From: Acanthaster planci
Lineage: Eukaryota
Assembly (NCBI RefSeq): GCF_001949145.1
Contig: NW_019091356.1
Coordinates: forward strand, 2,116,932 to 2,180,931
DNA: 64,000 nucleotides
Reading direction: 5' to 3'
A program made the position numbers and the translations under genes. Of the stretch, positions 49,801-63,534 are shown in pieces. Position 1 is the first letter of the stretch; each line of letters begins with the position of its first letter. The notes beneath the pieces were generated by a model, which searched no databases, had not been told where the DNA came from, and saw only the letters and a list, made by a program, of their open reading frames with translations.

Positions 49801-52800
49801 CTGTCAGTTGTATCATTCAAATCTTACTTTGTTCCACACTTAGTAATTAAGACGAAGACAAGAGGCTTTACTATTTGGCATTGTAGCTTTTTGTCTGCTC
49901 TCTTTCCAGGTATCTGTTTGGTAAGCCAGTGCAAGGCAAGATGTCTATCAACATGAATCTCCATGGACTTGGTTATTACAATGACTACATCGGGGAGAAC
50001 AACTACATGTTTATGGATGTGAGAACTGTTTTTGAGATATATAGGATTTATTTCTAACTCACACTTGGTGCCAACAAGGCAGGAGTCACTTGAAAAGTGC
50101 CTGATAATGCTGGATACTATGACATACAATATAAATTCCACAAAACTTTTACAAAAGCCTTCTGTCATGCATGTACATGTATTATATCTCATGACCCCCA
50201 AATTCACTCTTTTTGCCTTGCCTTTAACCGTAAATAATTTTTTCAACAAGGATTTGAACATTTTTTCCTCAGTCTAGGTTAAAGTGTGCTTGACATTTTA
50301 ATTCCCTGAAATTTGCCACAAGAACGTATACATGTGGATTTACTTTGTTATTGCCCAGAAGAATCAATTTAAGAACCTGTTTCTGTTTCATCTATTCTAT
50401 TGCTGTCTTTGTGGACAGTAGTTCTGTTGGTAAGTGCCTTTAATTTTTTTAAAGTGGGCACTGTGTGTTGTAATGTAGAGGTGTCCTTTTCTGGAAATGA
50501 ATCACGTACAAAAACAGTTGTGAGAGTTGTAGATAAAAACTACACAGTTAGATTCAAAGGGAGTTTGTAGATAGATCCATTGGACACCTCTACGTTTATA
50601 ATGTGTTTGGGTTAAATACTTTATTCCACCTTTGTTTTTTTCATTCTTTTTTATTTTATGATATTGCTAAAAATGACCATTTTGGTATAATTGGTACTTC
50701 CTAATACCCTACCCACTCCTCAAAAGTAGTGCTTCTCGAAAAGAGTTTGTCCTTGGCATGTTGGTGTATCATTCTAAATAGGCCCCATCCCAGTTCCCAT
50801 CTCTTCCCGGTACTGGTACACTGATGCTAATATTTTCAATCTAAGCAATTTTGCTTCTAACGATGCTGCTTTTCTTTTTTCAAAAACCAGATTGATGGCT
50901 CGGCCAAGTTCAACATTTGCATTAGTGACCTCATCACCTCCCCCCTTAAGAACCACTTCCGGGGCATTGTTCACATCGAGGCCAGTGTGACAAGCAACGA
51001 CGGCAACGTGTTTGTGGCCACGGATGACTCCTGTCTTGTGCAGAAGCAGTTGGTGTCCCTGGAGTTCTCCAAAGACTCCAGGAAGCATTACAAGCCAGGA
51101 CTTCCCTACTACGGCAGGGTAATCATTGTCGAAAGGAAGCATTGGCGTCAGTAATTCATTCCATGTCTGAATTTACCATGCACAAGTCAAAAAGTCTTTT
51201 GCTAACATTGAAAGGAAACTGGGCTGCATGGTAACTTTACATTTTACACCTTGAACCAGTGAATACATGTATATGCATCAGGGTTTCCATGGTTACATTA
51301 TCATTTGAGGAAGATTTTAAGTTTCACAGCTGGCTAAGATATGCAAGGTGAATCTGGAACCTGAAAAACACACCCCAATTTTTGTTGCATTTTCATGATT
51401 TTGTCTTATTGAATCTCATCTTTTACTGCCTGTGTTCACTTTTTAAATAAATCTACTTAATTTTTTTAAGGTTTTGCTGTACTATCCCGATAAAAGCCCT
51501 GCCAATAATGTTACCGTGGAGATAGTGGCAGAGGTGAAGCAAGACCCAGTCTTCTCCAAGAACTTTGTCTCAAGCAATGGTGTTGTGGACATTTCTATCC
51601 CATCTCTGCCACCAGTTTCTGGGCATGTTTGGATCAATGTGAGTAAATAGCTGAATGCCCTTGGAAAATTCCGGAAGACCGATATACCATATGCACTTCA
51701 GTGGAGAAAAGGGAAGAAATTTGACCCTAGGTGTAGTTTTTCTTCTCCACTCTCCTTGAAGGGTTTAAAAAGTTATGTAGAAAACAAACAAACGAACATG
51801 AGAATTTTTGTGAATTTTGTTGACATTTCATTATTCTTTAGACAAAATGCAAATGAATTTAAAATATCTTCATAAGAAATTGGTCACCACAGTGTAGCGA
51901 TGTGTATTATTTTAGCGGCTCTAGCCAAAACCGTGCCTTTCTAACACTCTGCTTCAAAAGCTTTCCTTCCTTACTGCAGGTATAACAATGTTAATAAGCA
52001 ACAGTTAATTTGTTAACTCACATGGTTAATATTTCTCTTGACAATTGACATAGGCCAAGGTGATAGCCATTGATGGCAAAGATGCTGGAGATACATACTT
52101 CTCCCACTATCTGTCTCTTGGGAGCTGGTACTCGCCCAGTGAGTGTCACCTGCTTCTCCGCAGCCTTCAAGAGAACATCAAGGTGGGGAATGACATTTAG
52201 ATTTCATTAACCTACTCCAAGTCAGTTTCACCACTTTCAGTTTCTCTGACATTTAACCTTTTAGTCTCATTCATCACAACTTCCTGAGAATCATACGTAT
52301 TAAGCAGTCTCAGGAATATTTCTGGATGTTGAGAGAGCATTTTAAAAACATTTTAAAGTTCCTTATTTTTTTTCTTTAAATAAGATCATACGAATGAATC
52401 TTAGTTCAGCTCTTAAGACTGATGGTTCTTACATAGGTGTAGTTAATAGGTCGAGTTGGGCACCTGCAAAGCTCTAGCTCCCTCGGAGAGGTTAAGTTAT
52501 TTTTGGAGGTTGCTTTTGATGAATGAGTCAATCTGGGAACCAGCTGTAAGAGTCAGGGAACCACCTCAGCCATAATGTAACTGTATGTTTTTCAAATTTT
52601 CAGGTCGGCGATACAGCAGTCATAGGGGTCCAGTCTACTTGCCCCTGCAATTTTACAATGCATTACGAGGTGATGTCAAGGGGGAACATTGTGACATCTG
52701 GACTGCACGATGCCATGCTACGCAGCAGTAGTGGACGCAATGATGGCAGTCGTCGAAGACGCTTCAGCAGCCACCCTCTTGTTGATCAGTTCATGGCAGA

Positions 52801-55800
52801 AACAGGTACATGTACTTGGAGTGGCCGATTGCATGGGGCTGTCAAATTACATAGCAAAAATGCAGTACCAGCAAAGTGCCCTGCGATGCACTCTACTTGT
52901 TTTCAGCTAGGCCTATTTGTTGTGCAGCTAAGAAATTTACTAACTGGTAGCTTCTTTTTCTAAGTCCAATGAAAGTTGGCAATGCCTTTCAAAAAAAGAT
53001 TCGTGTGCTTTTAACTTTATTTTAGATATACGCATGAATGATGGAAGAGGTAGTTATTGTGTATTAGCAGAAACTTAAGTAATGGCATAACTAGGACACC
53101 ATTGATTTCTACCATTGAGCTTGCCCACTTCCTGAGTACTTCTGTTTGGTATGTGGCCTGGCCTTTTATCGGCAAACTCATCCTACCAGCTCCCAGATTC
53201 CAGGCAGGAAGAATTCTCACCCTCTCCAAAAATGTATCCCCTTTCATTGGCAGCAGGTGGTGAATCAGATTCCGGGAGCTGTCGCACCACCTTCCAGTTT
53301 GAGGTGACCCATGCCATGGCTCCTTTAAGCCACCTGCTGGCCTACTACATGAGGGGGAATGATGAGGGTGTGGCTGACACCATTGTGATCTCAGTGGAAC
53401 CCAGCTTTGAAAATGAGGTAGGTTCAACATGTAGAATTGCACACTCTATTATATTAACGGTTGACGGTGCTTTGTGATGATTCCCCTGTGTAGAACGAGC
53501 TGTATATCTACTAATTGATGTGCATTTGGTTCAAAGTACATGTTGGTGATTTTCATTGGAATGTGCACAAATTGTTGTATCTTGTAAACCGGAGGAACAG
53601 AGGGGCAGTTGATCGTCAGTAGCTTCTATAAGGGACCTCCAGAAAGAAGCCCAACTTGGGAAGACAAAAAAACCCCTCTTGATTTGGTTGTGTTTCCACT
53701 ATTCAGCTGTCTGTTGCTTGAATTTTGGTGTCAGTGTTAAATTTAATGTTCTGAATAACAGCTTTGTCAGTACGTCTAGTGAAGGTAAACTTGGCCCTTG
53801 TTTCTTGCCAAATCAGGTCAAGGTTCAGATGGCCAAGAATGAGACCCTACCAGGCTCAAAGATGAGGATGATGATCAGTGCCAAGCCAGGCTCCTGCATA
53901 TGTGTGGCCTCTGTCGACCAGAGTGTCCAGTTGCTACGCCCTGGTTACCAGGTCACGACAGAGAAGGTGAGTGCTCAGCAGGTGGTTTTTTTTTTCAAAC
54001 CCCACTGATGTCTCTGGCTGTGGTGTCACACTTCAACATTGTGACTTAAAAGCCCTGATTCGAGACTCATTGGCCTGATGTGGCTGTGCTATAAGAAGCA
54101 ATTTTCATTTGATTCCCAAAGTTCTGCAAATAATTGGGAGTCCGAAGCCAAAGACTGAAACGAAGATGGGATTTGGAAAACAGACTGTGTATGTGCACGA
54201 CTAAAGGCTCTTGTTTTGAACAAGATTTTCTGACCTGAACAAAGTATCCCTTAACGTGTAATGCTTTACCCAGAATGACCAGATTATCTCTCGTGGTCCT
54301 GTCAAAAACTCAAAGAGAAATTGGTTGAGTTCAAGAATATCTCAGACTGTGTGGTTTAGGAGTCAAAAAAGTAACATTATATTATAAGGAGTTGACTTGT
54401 TGAGAACTGTGATCACAGGCCATGGTGCCACAGTCAATTTGGGTCTCGTCTTGCCCGTGACATTTGTATTTGTGTCCTTGAGCAGGATATTGTCTCTCTC
54501 TACACTTACGAGCACATGAAGTATGTAGAGGTTCTGTAACTGGAATGCTGACTCGATTGCCCACAGAAAAAATTTATGAAGCTCCTTAGCATAGGAAGTA
54601 TTTGCCCACAGAAAAAATTTATGAAGCTCCTTAGCATAGGAAGTATTTGCCTAGCTAAAACAGGCTACTAGCATCAATGCATATTTGGTGTTTTCAACTC
54701 ATTTTTTGCAAAGCAGTTTCATAATATCATAAGCAAACTCCCCATGGAGTCCAGAGTAATTTAAGAGAGATTTCTCTCAAAATCAGGGATCAGGCTTGAT
54801 GGAAGGGTCTCCTGGAGGTGGTGAACTGTTCAGGACAAATATCACGCCTTTTTGTTTAATGTTTATATCTTTGTGTATGATTTCAGATCTTTGTCGAGAT
54901 GGAAAACTATGACATCACCGAGGATATATCAGCGGAGACAACGTGGTGGGGGGGAGCTTTCCGGCGGCGTAAACGGTCAACGATGTGGATGCGCTCCAGG
55001 GATGCTAACTTTGCATTCAGGGTAAATTTTGGCAATATTATGAAAAAAGAGTAAAATTAACATGATGTTGTTTTTCTGTTATTGCAATTAAGGATCATCA
55101 TGAAGGAAGAGGTGGAAAAGGTGGGATATTATTTTGAAGGAAATAATAATTACCAGTGTTTGCTTCTTAAAGTTACACCTTAAGTTACACCCAACAGGAT
55201 CAGATCTCAGCACTATTAGGCGTCTGTTCCTGTTTTTGTACTTTGCTTCGGAAATGGATGATATAGAACTTGACCTCTTGACCATGCAAGGGAATAAAGG
55301 CCAAATGATGTGTGTTGAATGAGTTACAAACTGTGAAAGATTATCAGAATTACCAAACATATGTTAAACTGGTTACTTTATCCATCTCAAATTCAAGGAA
55401 ATTTCCATTCCTCGAATCCCATTGCAGCTAGACAGACATTTCAAAGAATGATGCCTGTTCTGAACAATTCCCTTTGCCCCCCCCAAAAAAAATTAAGTAC
55501 CGCAAAACACATCTGTCGAAAACATTTAGACAAGGAAAGCAGATGGTGGAAAAGTTTTTTTTCTTCAGCAGACCCTCAAACTACACAATGTAAAAAGAAA
55601 AAAGATGTTTAATAAACAGCAATCTGGGTATAAACTTGATGGAGCTTTTCAAATTGCTAGGCCTTTAACTGTTTTCTCAGGAAATTGCGACATAAACCTT
55701 AATCGAGATTGGCAGTGTTTTTCTGGCCAGCCATGGCAGTTGAGCCTCTAATTCCCTGGAAATCCGGGTGGTTCCCCACAGCCTGTCATATCTAATTACC

Positions 55801-58800
55801 AGTTTCTGTTAACTGCACAAGTTTTTTATTCTTTCCACAGGAGGCTGGGTTGAAAGTGATGACCGACAAAATTCACCTCAACTTTCATAACAGTGACTCG
55901 ACAGTTTCGGGTAAGAAATAAAGATCTCTCCATTTCTCAAGGTAGAACAGAAAAAGGAAATTGTTTAAATGTCCAGATCAGTCCTTCCATTGTCCAAACA
56001 AAACTTAAATGGAAAAGATCTTGGTAGTTGTGATGGAAAATATAAACATGATCATCTTTGTTGAAAATTATTGAATTTACTGATATTGAAGCAAAATTTC
56101 TCAGAATCCCCAAATTAACCATAATAGCTCTTTATCCACATGACACGAGAATGCATTTTGTAACGTAAAAAAAATCAATTTGGAAAAAATGTGTTCCCTG
56201 TTGTCGGGTGTTTCCCTGAAGAAGCTTGCCTCATCCTGTTTGCCCACCCCACAAGGATATTGGCAGTGCTAGAGGGTGGCAGGTCCCATCTGGGTCAGAA
56301 TGATAGGTGGCGCGAGGATACAGGAAACAGCCGATTAAACAGTTGTCATCTGCCGAGGAATCCTTCCCGTCAGCTGTTTTTGTCAAGAGCAGGGATGTTT
56401 CTTGTTTTTGTTTTTTAGTGGTGTTGAAAAGCTATGCAGTTGGTTGTGTTGAACAGAATTCTTGCATCAAAGGTGCTACAACTTTCATTTGTTTTGTGTT
56501 TCATTCTCTGTTTTGCATTTGTTTTCATAATGCATAAAACTAGTGCGAAGCTCTTTTCTGTCTTCATTGCTTGATTAATGTTTTGCTGTGGAATGAAAGA
56601 GTACAGTGGGGTAATTATGAAATATTTTTCGAAAAGGAACAGAAGTTTTTCCTTTCCTGTGGTCATAAAAGCAGATTGTACATATTTCCATATTGAGTCT
56701 CAGAGTCTGAGAGTGTGACATCAGGATGTAAATTTAAGACTGCATGAAACGAACTTTAATACCAACTTGATCCCTGATTGCAGATGACGACTGGGTGGTA
56801 GTGAGTGCCCAGGACCAGGTATCGAGCCTTGAGCGGAACACTAGACGCAAGCGTGCTTTCTTCCCAGAGACCTGGATGTGGCAGTGCTTCAATTTGAGGT
56901 ACAGGTCAAAGGTCAAAGGCCACCATAGATATCGCCAACAGCTGAAGCTTATTACTTATGTTCACTATTACCCTTTAAATGCTTTTTAATGTTGATGCAG
57001 AAGATCTCATTATTCAAGCCTAGTTCCACTGTCAGCGGAAGCGTGGGGGGTCCAAGGGACTAATAGCCCTCTACTTTTTGGGGGGGTGTAAATTATTGAA
57101 CTATTGATGTGTGATGCATGATGGTCTACTGGCCCCTAACCTGCAAAATTGTTCTACTGCCATTCCTTAGTTCATTATTTCTTCTGGATACTTTAACGTT
57201 TGCTCTGTGTGACACAGTTCCTCTAGTTCTGAGGAACACATCCAAATGCGTGTGCCAGACACCATCACCACCTGGATGACCGACGTGATTGCGATGTCGC
57301 CAACCCATGGTCTCGGTGTAGCCGAGACCGTCCAGCTGACCACCTTCAAGAACTTCTTTGTAGAGTTCACGCTGCCGTACTCGGTGATTAGAGGAGAACA
57401 GCTCAGGCTACCGGTCACCGTCTACAACTACTTCGACCGTTGTGTCCAGGTACTGAAGAGCGTCCATCTCAAAGTGTCACTGAAGAGCATTTGCTCAAGC
57501 CATTCGTGACGTTTTTTTAAAATTCTGTCATGCATATTCAGCCACCACTGTAAATTCAGTATGCAACACACTTTGGCATGTGAACAAAACAATTTCTTGT
57601 CCCAGAAATCAGTATGTTTCAATTTTTAATTCACAAAATATGGAGGGCCTGATGCTTCAATCTACGCAGAATTTTTGTCAAAGGCAAAATGACAAGTAGA
57701 CAGGACAAACAAACGCGAAAAATCAACCAAGCATGGACGAATGCAAGAGGACAAAAGGAGATTTTGAATTCAGATGAATTTTCATAAGTGGCTTAAGCTG
57801 TGCTCAGGGACAGATCAAGCAAGTGCATCAAGCTTTATAAAGATATCCTTCAAGTTTGATTGCGATTTTCCTCATATATCTGAACCTTGTGTCATGTACA
57901 ACCCTTTTATGAACTCTTAAAATACAAGAGTCATGATGACATCAGTCACTTAACACACAATCTTTACATGGTTATTCATTTGCTTGGTTTTTTTATTTGT
58001 TTTGCAAATGACCCAGGTTGATCTGATTGTTCACGTCCAAGATGGGGTAAGATTCATGCTGCACTCTGAGCGTCATCAGGCACACAAGCTATGCCTACAG
58101 GCTCAAGATACAGAAACGACCTACGTGACACTCATCTTCAGTGAACTCGGAAGAAAGAAGATCCACGGTAAGGAATAAAATGCATTTTTTAGTTTATTTG
58201 ATTAAAAAAAATGAAACCCTTACCCCTTTCCATATTTTTGAATTTCGTTTTTTTCTTGTCATATTTTAACAAACTAAATCATTATTAGTTGGTCTTGGTG
58301 GTTTAATGGAGAGGAGAGCCATCTGACTGAGTTAAGTTTTAAACCTTATTCTGACTGTGCCAACAATTGTTATGGTCTTTAAGAAGCCTCTTTCTGTGCT
58401 GGAAGACAGTCAATCTTTGCTTGTTTTCATTTAAGACAGATTATTTGTATTAATGAATGCTGTATTTTCTCGTGTATAAAAGTTGATCTGTGGGTGAACA
58501 GTGTCCTTTGTCTTTGCAGCCAGTGCTGAGGCCATGGTATCCCCAGATTGCTGTGTTGGGCCAGTCGCCAACGAAGGCATTGCTGGCTCAGATAAGATCA
58601 CAAAGAACCTGCTGGTTGAGGTGAGGGCTGCCCTGATACATCCTTCAACTTGAAATCCCTGAGCAGGGATGGCAGGCAGATTCTCATCCAGAGCCTGAAA
58701 TGAAGGCCAGAGTAGCCTAAACATACCTTNNNNNNNNNNNNNNNNNNNNNNNNNNNNNNNNNNNNNNNNNNNNNNNNNNNNNNNNNNNNNNNNNNNNNNN

Positions 58801-61800
58801 NNNNNNNNNNNNNNNNNNNNNNNNNNNNNNNNNNNNNNNNNNNNNNNNNNNNNNNNNNNNNNNNNNNNNNNNNNNNNNNNNNNNNNNNNNNNNNNNNNNN
58901 NNNNNNNNNNNNNNNNNNNNNNNNNNNNNNNNNNNNNNNNNNNNNNNNNNNNNNNNNNNNNNNNNNNNNNNNNNNNNNNNGTTAGGGCCTGAAGTGAAGG
59001 TCAGAAAAGCGTCAATATAGCTTGCTAGGGCCCAAATTGGCCCAAGATTTCAAGTGAAAAACTTGAAATACGGCTATTGTCTGAAAACCTGGCAACCCAA
59101 CCTGATATTCGATAATTCGTCCCTGTAATCTTGCATCACAGAAACAGGAAGAAAATCTTGAACATCAGTGGCTGTGACAAGTTTTCCAATCAGAGCATCA
59201 TTTTGTAATGCATATTGCCGAGATATTTTCAGTACAATTACATGCATTCCACAATTGGTATTTGTAGTTATCAAATCAAGCGTAGTATGTTACTCTGCAA
59301 AGCAGTATTAATTGATGATAAGTCCCTTTCGTTTTTGTTTTATGTTTCTTTCAGCCCGAGGGAATAGAAAGAGGATATGCTTACAGTGTCTTCTTCTGTC
59401 CCAATGGTATGTATTTCCCTCATGTGTTCAAAAACTTTCTTCAGATACACCTCAAACCTTGAAAATGCATCAAGAGATTCAAACGAAGCATGGCATATTT
59501 TTTCCAGTCACTATCAGTTTGGGCTATTCCATTCTGTGTCCTTTTTCTTTGTTGGAAACAGAGGGACGTGTAAGTTTTAGAAATACCACACCATGTAAAA
59601 TGTTATTTTTAAATGCTCAAATTGAAGACTGGCTGTCTGTGATGCAGGTTTTGAGTTTGAGTTCTGTTATTCCCTCCCCCATCCCCCTTTTCTGTCACAG
59701 AACGCACCCACATCTCCACCCCTAACCGCTACAGCTACCAATTCGTGGAGAAGGAAGAGGGAATGGATTTCTTCACCTTCATGTGCAAGGCCAAGAATGA
59801 CGCGCACATTGCCCTGGCAGCAACCCAGGACTCATACCAGCTGTACGAGATTGTCTTGGGTGGATGGGACAACACAAGGTCGTGGATTGCCCGCTCAAAG
59901 AGAGGTCAGTTGTACAGAACCCGTTTTATCCGATGACTGCAAGGCCTCCTCTTTCCCAAATCCCCTATCTTGTAGCCTCTAAAAGACATCTTCAACTTGC
60001 GATACACTTAGAAAATTCTGTTTTAGTTTCTGGGCCTGTCATGTACAGTATTCTGTCATGGCATTTATCCTAACGTACTTCCAAAGCATTTTATTCTCAT
60101 GAATAAGATTATTTTAATGGTCCTTAGTTTGAATCTTGTTCCCATCATTTCTCATTGGTCAACCAAGAATAGGTTTGCTGTTGAATAATTCTTTTTTATT
60201 TTCAGTTTTTCTTTTCATTTTTCACCCAGGCAAGTGAAGCAGAATATGACAAACTCTGCTTATAGTAACAGAAAGGATTAGGACCATAGAACAAAAGTGA
60301 TATTGCTGAAATAAAATGTTATTTTCATTTCTGTACGACATTGGGGTAATAAGCTCATGATAACAGTTTCATGAATGGCTGAAGTTGAACAAGGAATAAG
60401 TTGATAAATCAAAAGATGCTATTAAGTGTAAAACAAAGAATGTGCATTAAGGAAACAGGTCTTTAAACCAGGAAATTGTGGCAGTTGTCTAGTTCACAAC
60501 CAATGATTGTATGCATTCGTGAAATTGTGGGGTTTCCCTGTTAATGGTTGAAACAGATGTGGTCAACTGTATCAACATCAGGAAGCTTGAATTATTCAGA
60601 ACACTTCATACAAAGTCCTACCTTAGTTACCTTATAAACAGAAAGTGTGTGATCAGTCTTAAAAAAATAACTATTAGTTACTTTTCATCGCACAAAAATG
60701 CTTGGAAATGGGAAAAAAAGTCAGAAAATTTTCTACATTTTAAAGTCACTATGATTTAACCATAGTGACTTTAAAAGGCAGAAAAATTTTCTCACTTTTT
60801 TCCATTTCTAAGCATTTATGTGTGATGAAAAGTAGTAATGTCACTTGAATGGGTCTTTTTTTGTACATGCTTGTGGGTTGTCTTTCAGGTGATGCACTTG
60901 AGACTGATCTCACCTCTGATATCGTCAGCTGGGATGAGTTCAGGGCTTTCTGGATCAGTTGGCAAGGTGGTAACATTCAGGTAGGAAGTTTGAGATTTAG
61001 TATTTCTTTGAGCAGAACCACAAATGTGTTTCTTCCAATAGGTGATAAGTAGGTCTAGAGTGAATATCGAGTCTTCAGGGCAACATTTTCAATTTCCCCC
61101 AAGATCAACTTGTAAGTTTTAATTTCTTTGATGCCAGGTCGGACACGGGGAAGTTCCCAGTAATGAGTCGGTCATCATGAGCTGGCAGGATGATAACCCG
61201 ATGCCAGTCCAGTACATCGGCTTCACGACAGGGTCCGGATCCCTGGGTGAATTCAGAATCTGGAAGAAGAAGGGTAGGCCATATTCAATTGAATCTTATT
61301 GCTTCTGTCTCAAAGTGCAAATTTTTTTCTCCTTAAAAGAAGTTCACATGTCAAAAAGATGTTGTTAATTTTTTTAATGTTTTGGCAATGACTTATTTGA
61401 AATGTTTGAAATACCATCGTGCTCATGTGTGCCTGATTTATAGTCTGGCAAATAAATCAGAAAATTAAAGTTTGAAACGGGAGATCACTTTTTTGTTGAA
61501 TGCAGAGATGGCTTGCATTTCAAATGGTTAATTACTGTAATTCATTGCGGAACATCATAGCCTAACTCCATGTTTCATTTCTGTATTGTTGCTTAGGTAG
61601 CAGCGAGATCTACCGAGAGGCGTTTACCTTGTCCCTCCCCTTGAACCATGTGCCAGGGTCAGAGAGGGCTGCCGCTGTTGTGATTGGTGAGTCTGTTACA
61701 GTGACAAAGCTCGCAGCATTAACAAATCCTCGCCATTTTTATGAAGAGAAGTGTATCTTATTTTTATGGTGAAATGTCTTTATTACTATACCACAAAGAC

Positions 61801-63534
61801 TTTCCAACATTTGATAGCACATTCAAGCTATGCGGGATGTTGGAAAAATGGTGACATAACAGCCATTATTAAACCAGCACCACAGTATACAATGCGGTGC
61901 AAATTGATGTGTGAGTATCAACGGAATATTGAAAGAGTTTTTGAAATGTTATCTTTTTAACTATACATACAAGCAGTGGTGTAGCCATGGGGAGCCTGGG
62001 GGCACGTGCCCCCCCCCCACAAATTCCCAATGCCCCCTAGGTGCCCCCCCCCACTAAAAAAGTGAATGAATGTATATTGAACAAGGCTAACAAAAACTTG
62101 CCCCCCAAAGACACACCACCGAAAGCTGGTGCCCCTTTCTGCGCCCCCGCTTGTAAAATCCTAGCTACGCCGCTGCATACAAGTAACAGATATTTTTAAT
62201 AGCTCACTAACAAAAGGTCTCAAATGCTATTTCAAACCCAGATAGGCCTGTAAAATTGTTAGTAAGCATGTTGATAGAACCGTACATACTCTTTCTACCT
62301 GTTAATAAAGGTCAACTCTTATCTCCCCACTACCTTACTACTACCCTGAAAAACTGATCGTATATTTTGCTCATTTAACATTTGTGGCATTTGTGCTCAG
62401 GTGACGTGATGGGACCAACCTTGAACAACCTGCACAATCTCATCCGACTGCCGTTTGGCTGCGGAGAGCAGAACATGATCCACTTTGCTCCCATCGTGTA
62501 CGTAATGCACTACCTTCAGCACACCAATCAGATGGACAAGGAGACTGAGATCGAAGCCAACACCTTCCTCGTCCAAGGTATAGGCTCAACGTTTTGCACA
62601 GTGATTTCTGTATTTGTTTACTCTCTGCAGATGCAGTTTGTTATCAGTCAATTGGGCGTATGCCACTAACCAATACACTGCCCATAACAACGATTTTGTT
62701 TATCCCCCAGGCTATCAGCGTCAGTTGACCTACAGACGTCACTCAGGTTCCTATAGTGCCTTTGGGGAAAGTGACACCTCGGGCAGCATGTGGCTGACCG
62801 CCTTTGTCCTCAAATCCTTCTCTCAGTCACGCCGCTTCATCTTCATCGACCCTAAGGAGCTGGAGATGAGCAAGAAGTGGATCATCGCGCACCAGCAGGA
62901 GGACGGTTCCTTCCCGCCAGTCGGGAAGGTCCTTAACAAAGACATCCAGGTTTGAAGGAAGATGATCTTATCAATTTTGGGGTGGTTTGGGGTGGAAAAT
63001 AAGACAATGGAGTGTTTCACTGGGATCAGATGGAACATCGTTAGGAAATGTTGCTTGAGAGTTGAGATAGTCTTCACATGCCGTTTTTTCTCGCCCTCAA
63101 TTAGTTTTGGTAATTGAAATAAGAACATTGAGAATTTTGATTTGGAGATCAAGGTTTCCTTTAAATAGGATGCCGACTTTTTGGAGCATTGTCTCCTGTC
63201 AAGTCAAGTGATTATTTAAGCCTGATGATGGTGTTCATTGTTTTGTCTTGTCGTAATGTATTTGGCAAATTTTTATTTGTGCTATAGGGTGGAATTCAAG
63301 GCAACTCCCGGCTGCCCCTCACAGCCTACGTGCTGGTCGCTCTTATGGAGGCAGGTGTAGAATCGGATGCAGAGAAGGAGGCCGTCAGCACAGCTCAGAA
63401 GTTCCTGGAAGACAACGTCGGGTCTATTGTGGATCCATACACTGCGGCGTTGATGGCATATGCACTGACACTGCGCAACAGCCCCTTCGCTGCCATTGCC
63501 GTCCGAGTGCTGTCGTCCAAGGCCATCAGAAGAG
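37876..63534 (+). CDS. CPAMD8: C3 and PZP-like alpha-2-macroglobulin domain-containing protein 8 (thioester protein), first 29 coding exons; continues off the right edge
   Basis: Exons 37876-37961 (signal peptide [27 protein letters not shown]), 39283-39434, 41336-41358, 43047-43212, 44421-44473, 44647-44719, 45580-45693, 47883-47967, 49910-50018, 50891-51118, 51471-51638, 52054-52182, 52604-52805, 53257(or 53254)-53417, 53817-53966, 54887-55021, 55841-55910, 56784-56898, 57218-57449, 58017-58167, 58520-58620, 59355-59406, 59701-59904, 60889-60980, 61138-61273, 61597-61686, 62401-62577, 62711-62949, 63288-63534. Motifs [68 protein letters not shown]. The inserted farnesoic-acid-O-methyltransferase-like domain ([34 protein letters not shown]) is characteristic of CPAMD8. 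Confidence 0.95.
44120..44340 (-). mobile_element. tRNA-derived SINE-like element
   Basis: Minus strand gggagtcaggttggtgtagtgg (A-box) ... gaattcaaatccc (B-box-like) ... gggttttcctcccacctctaaaact; related to 11335-11584. Confidence 0.7.
54557..54651. repeat. Perfect 45-bp tandem duplication
   Basis: ttgcccacagaaaaaatttatgaagctccttagcataggaagtat x2 plus ttgcc. Confidence 0.9.
60673..60839. repeat. ~167-bp imperfect palindrome with almost no spacer
   Basis: tacttttcatcgcacaaaaatgcttggaaatgg...tttaaagtcactatg / catagtgactttaaa...ccatttctaagcatttatgtgtgatgaaaagta. Confidence 0.88.
61974..62175. mobile_element. hAT-type MITE with perfect 8-bp target-site duplication
   Basis: TSD catacaag at 61966-61973 and 62176-62183; TIRs cagtggtgtagc / gctacgccgctg; internal gtgcccc repeats. 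Confidence 0.88.
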
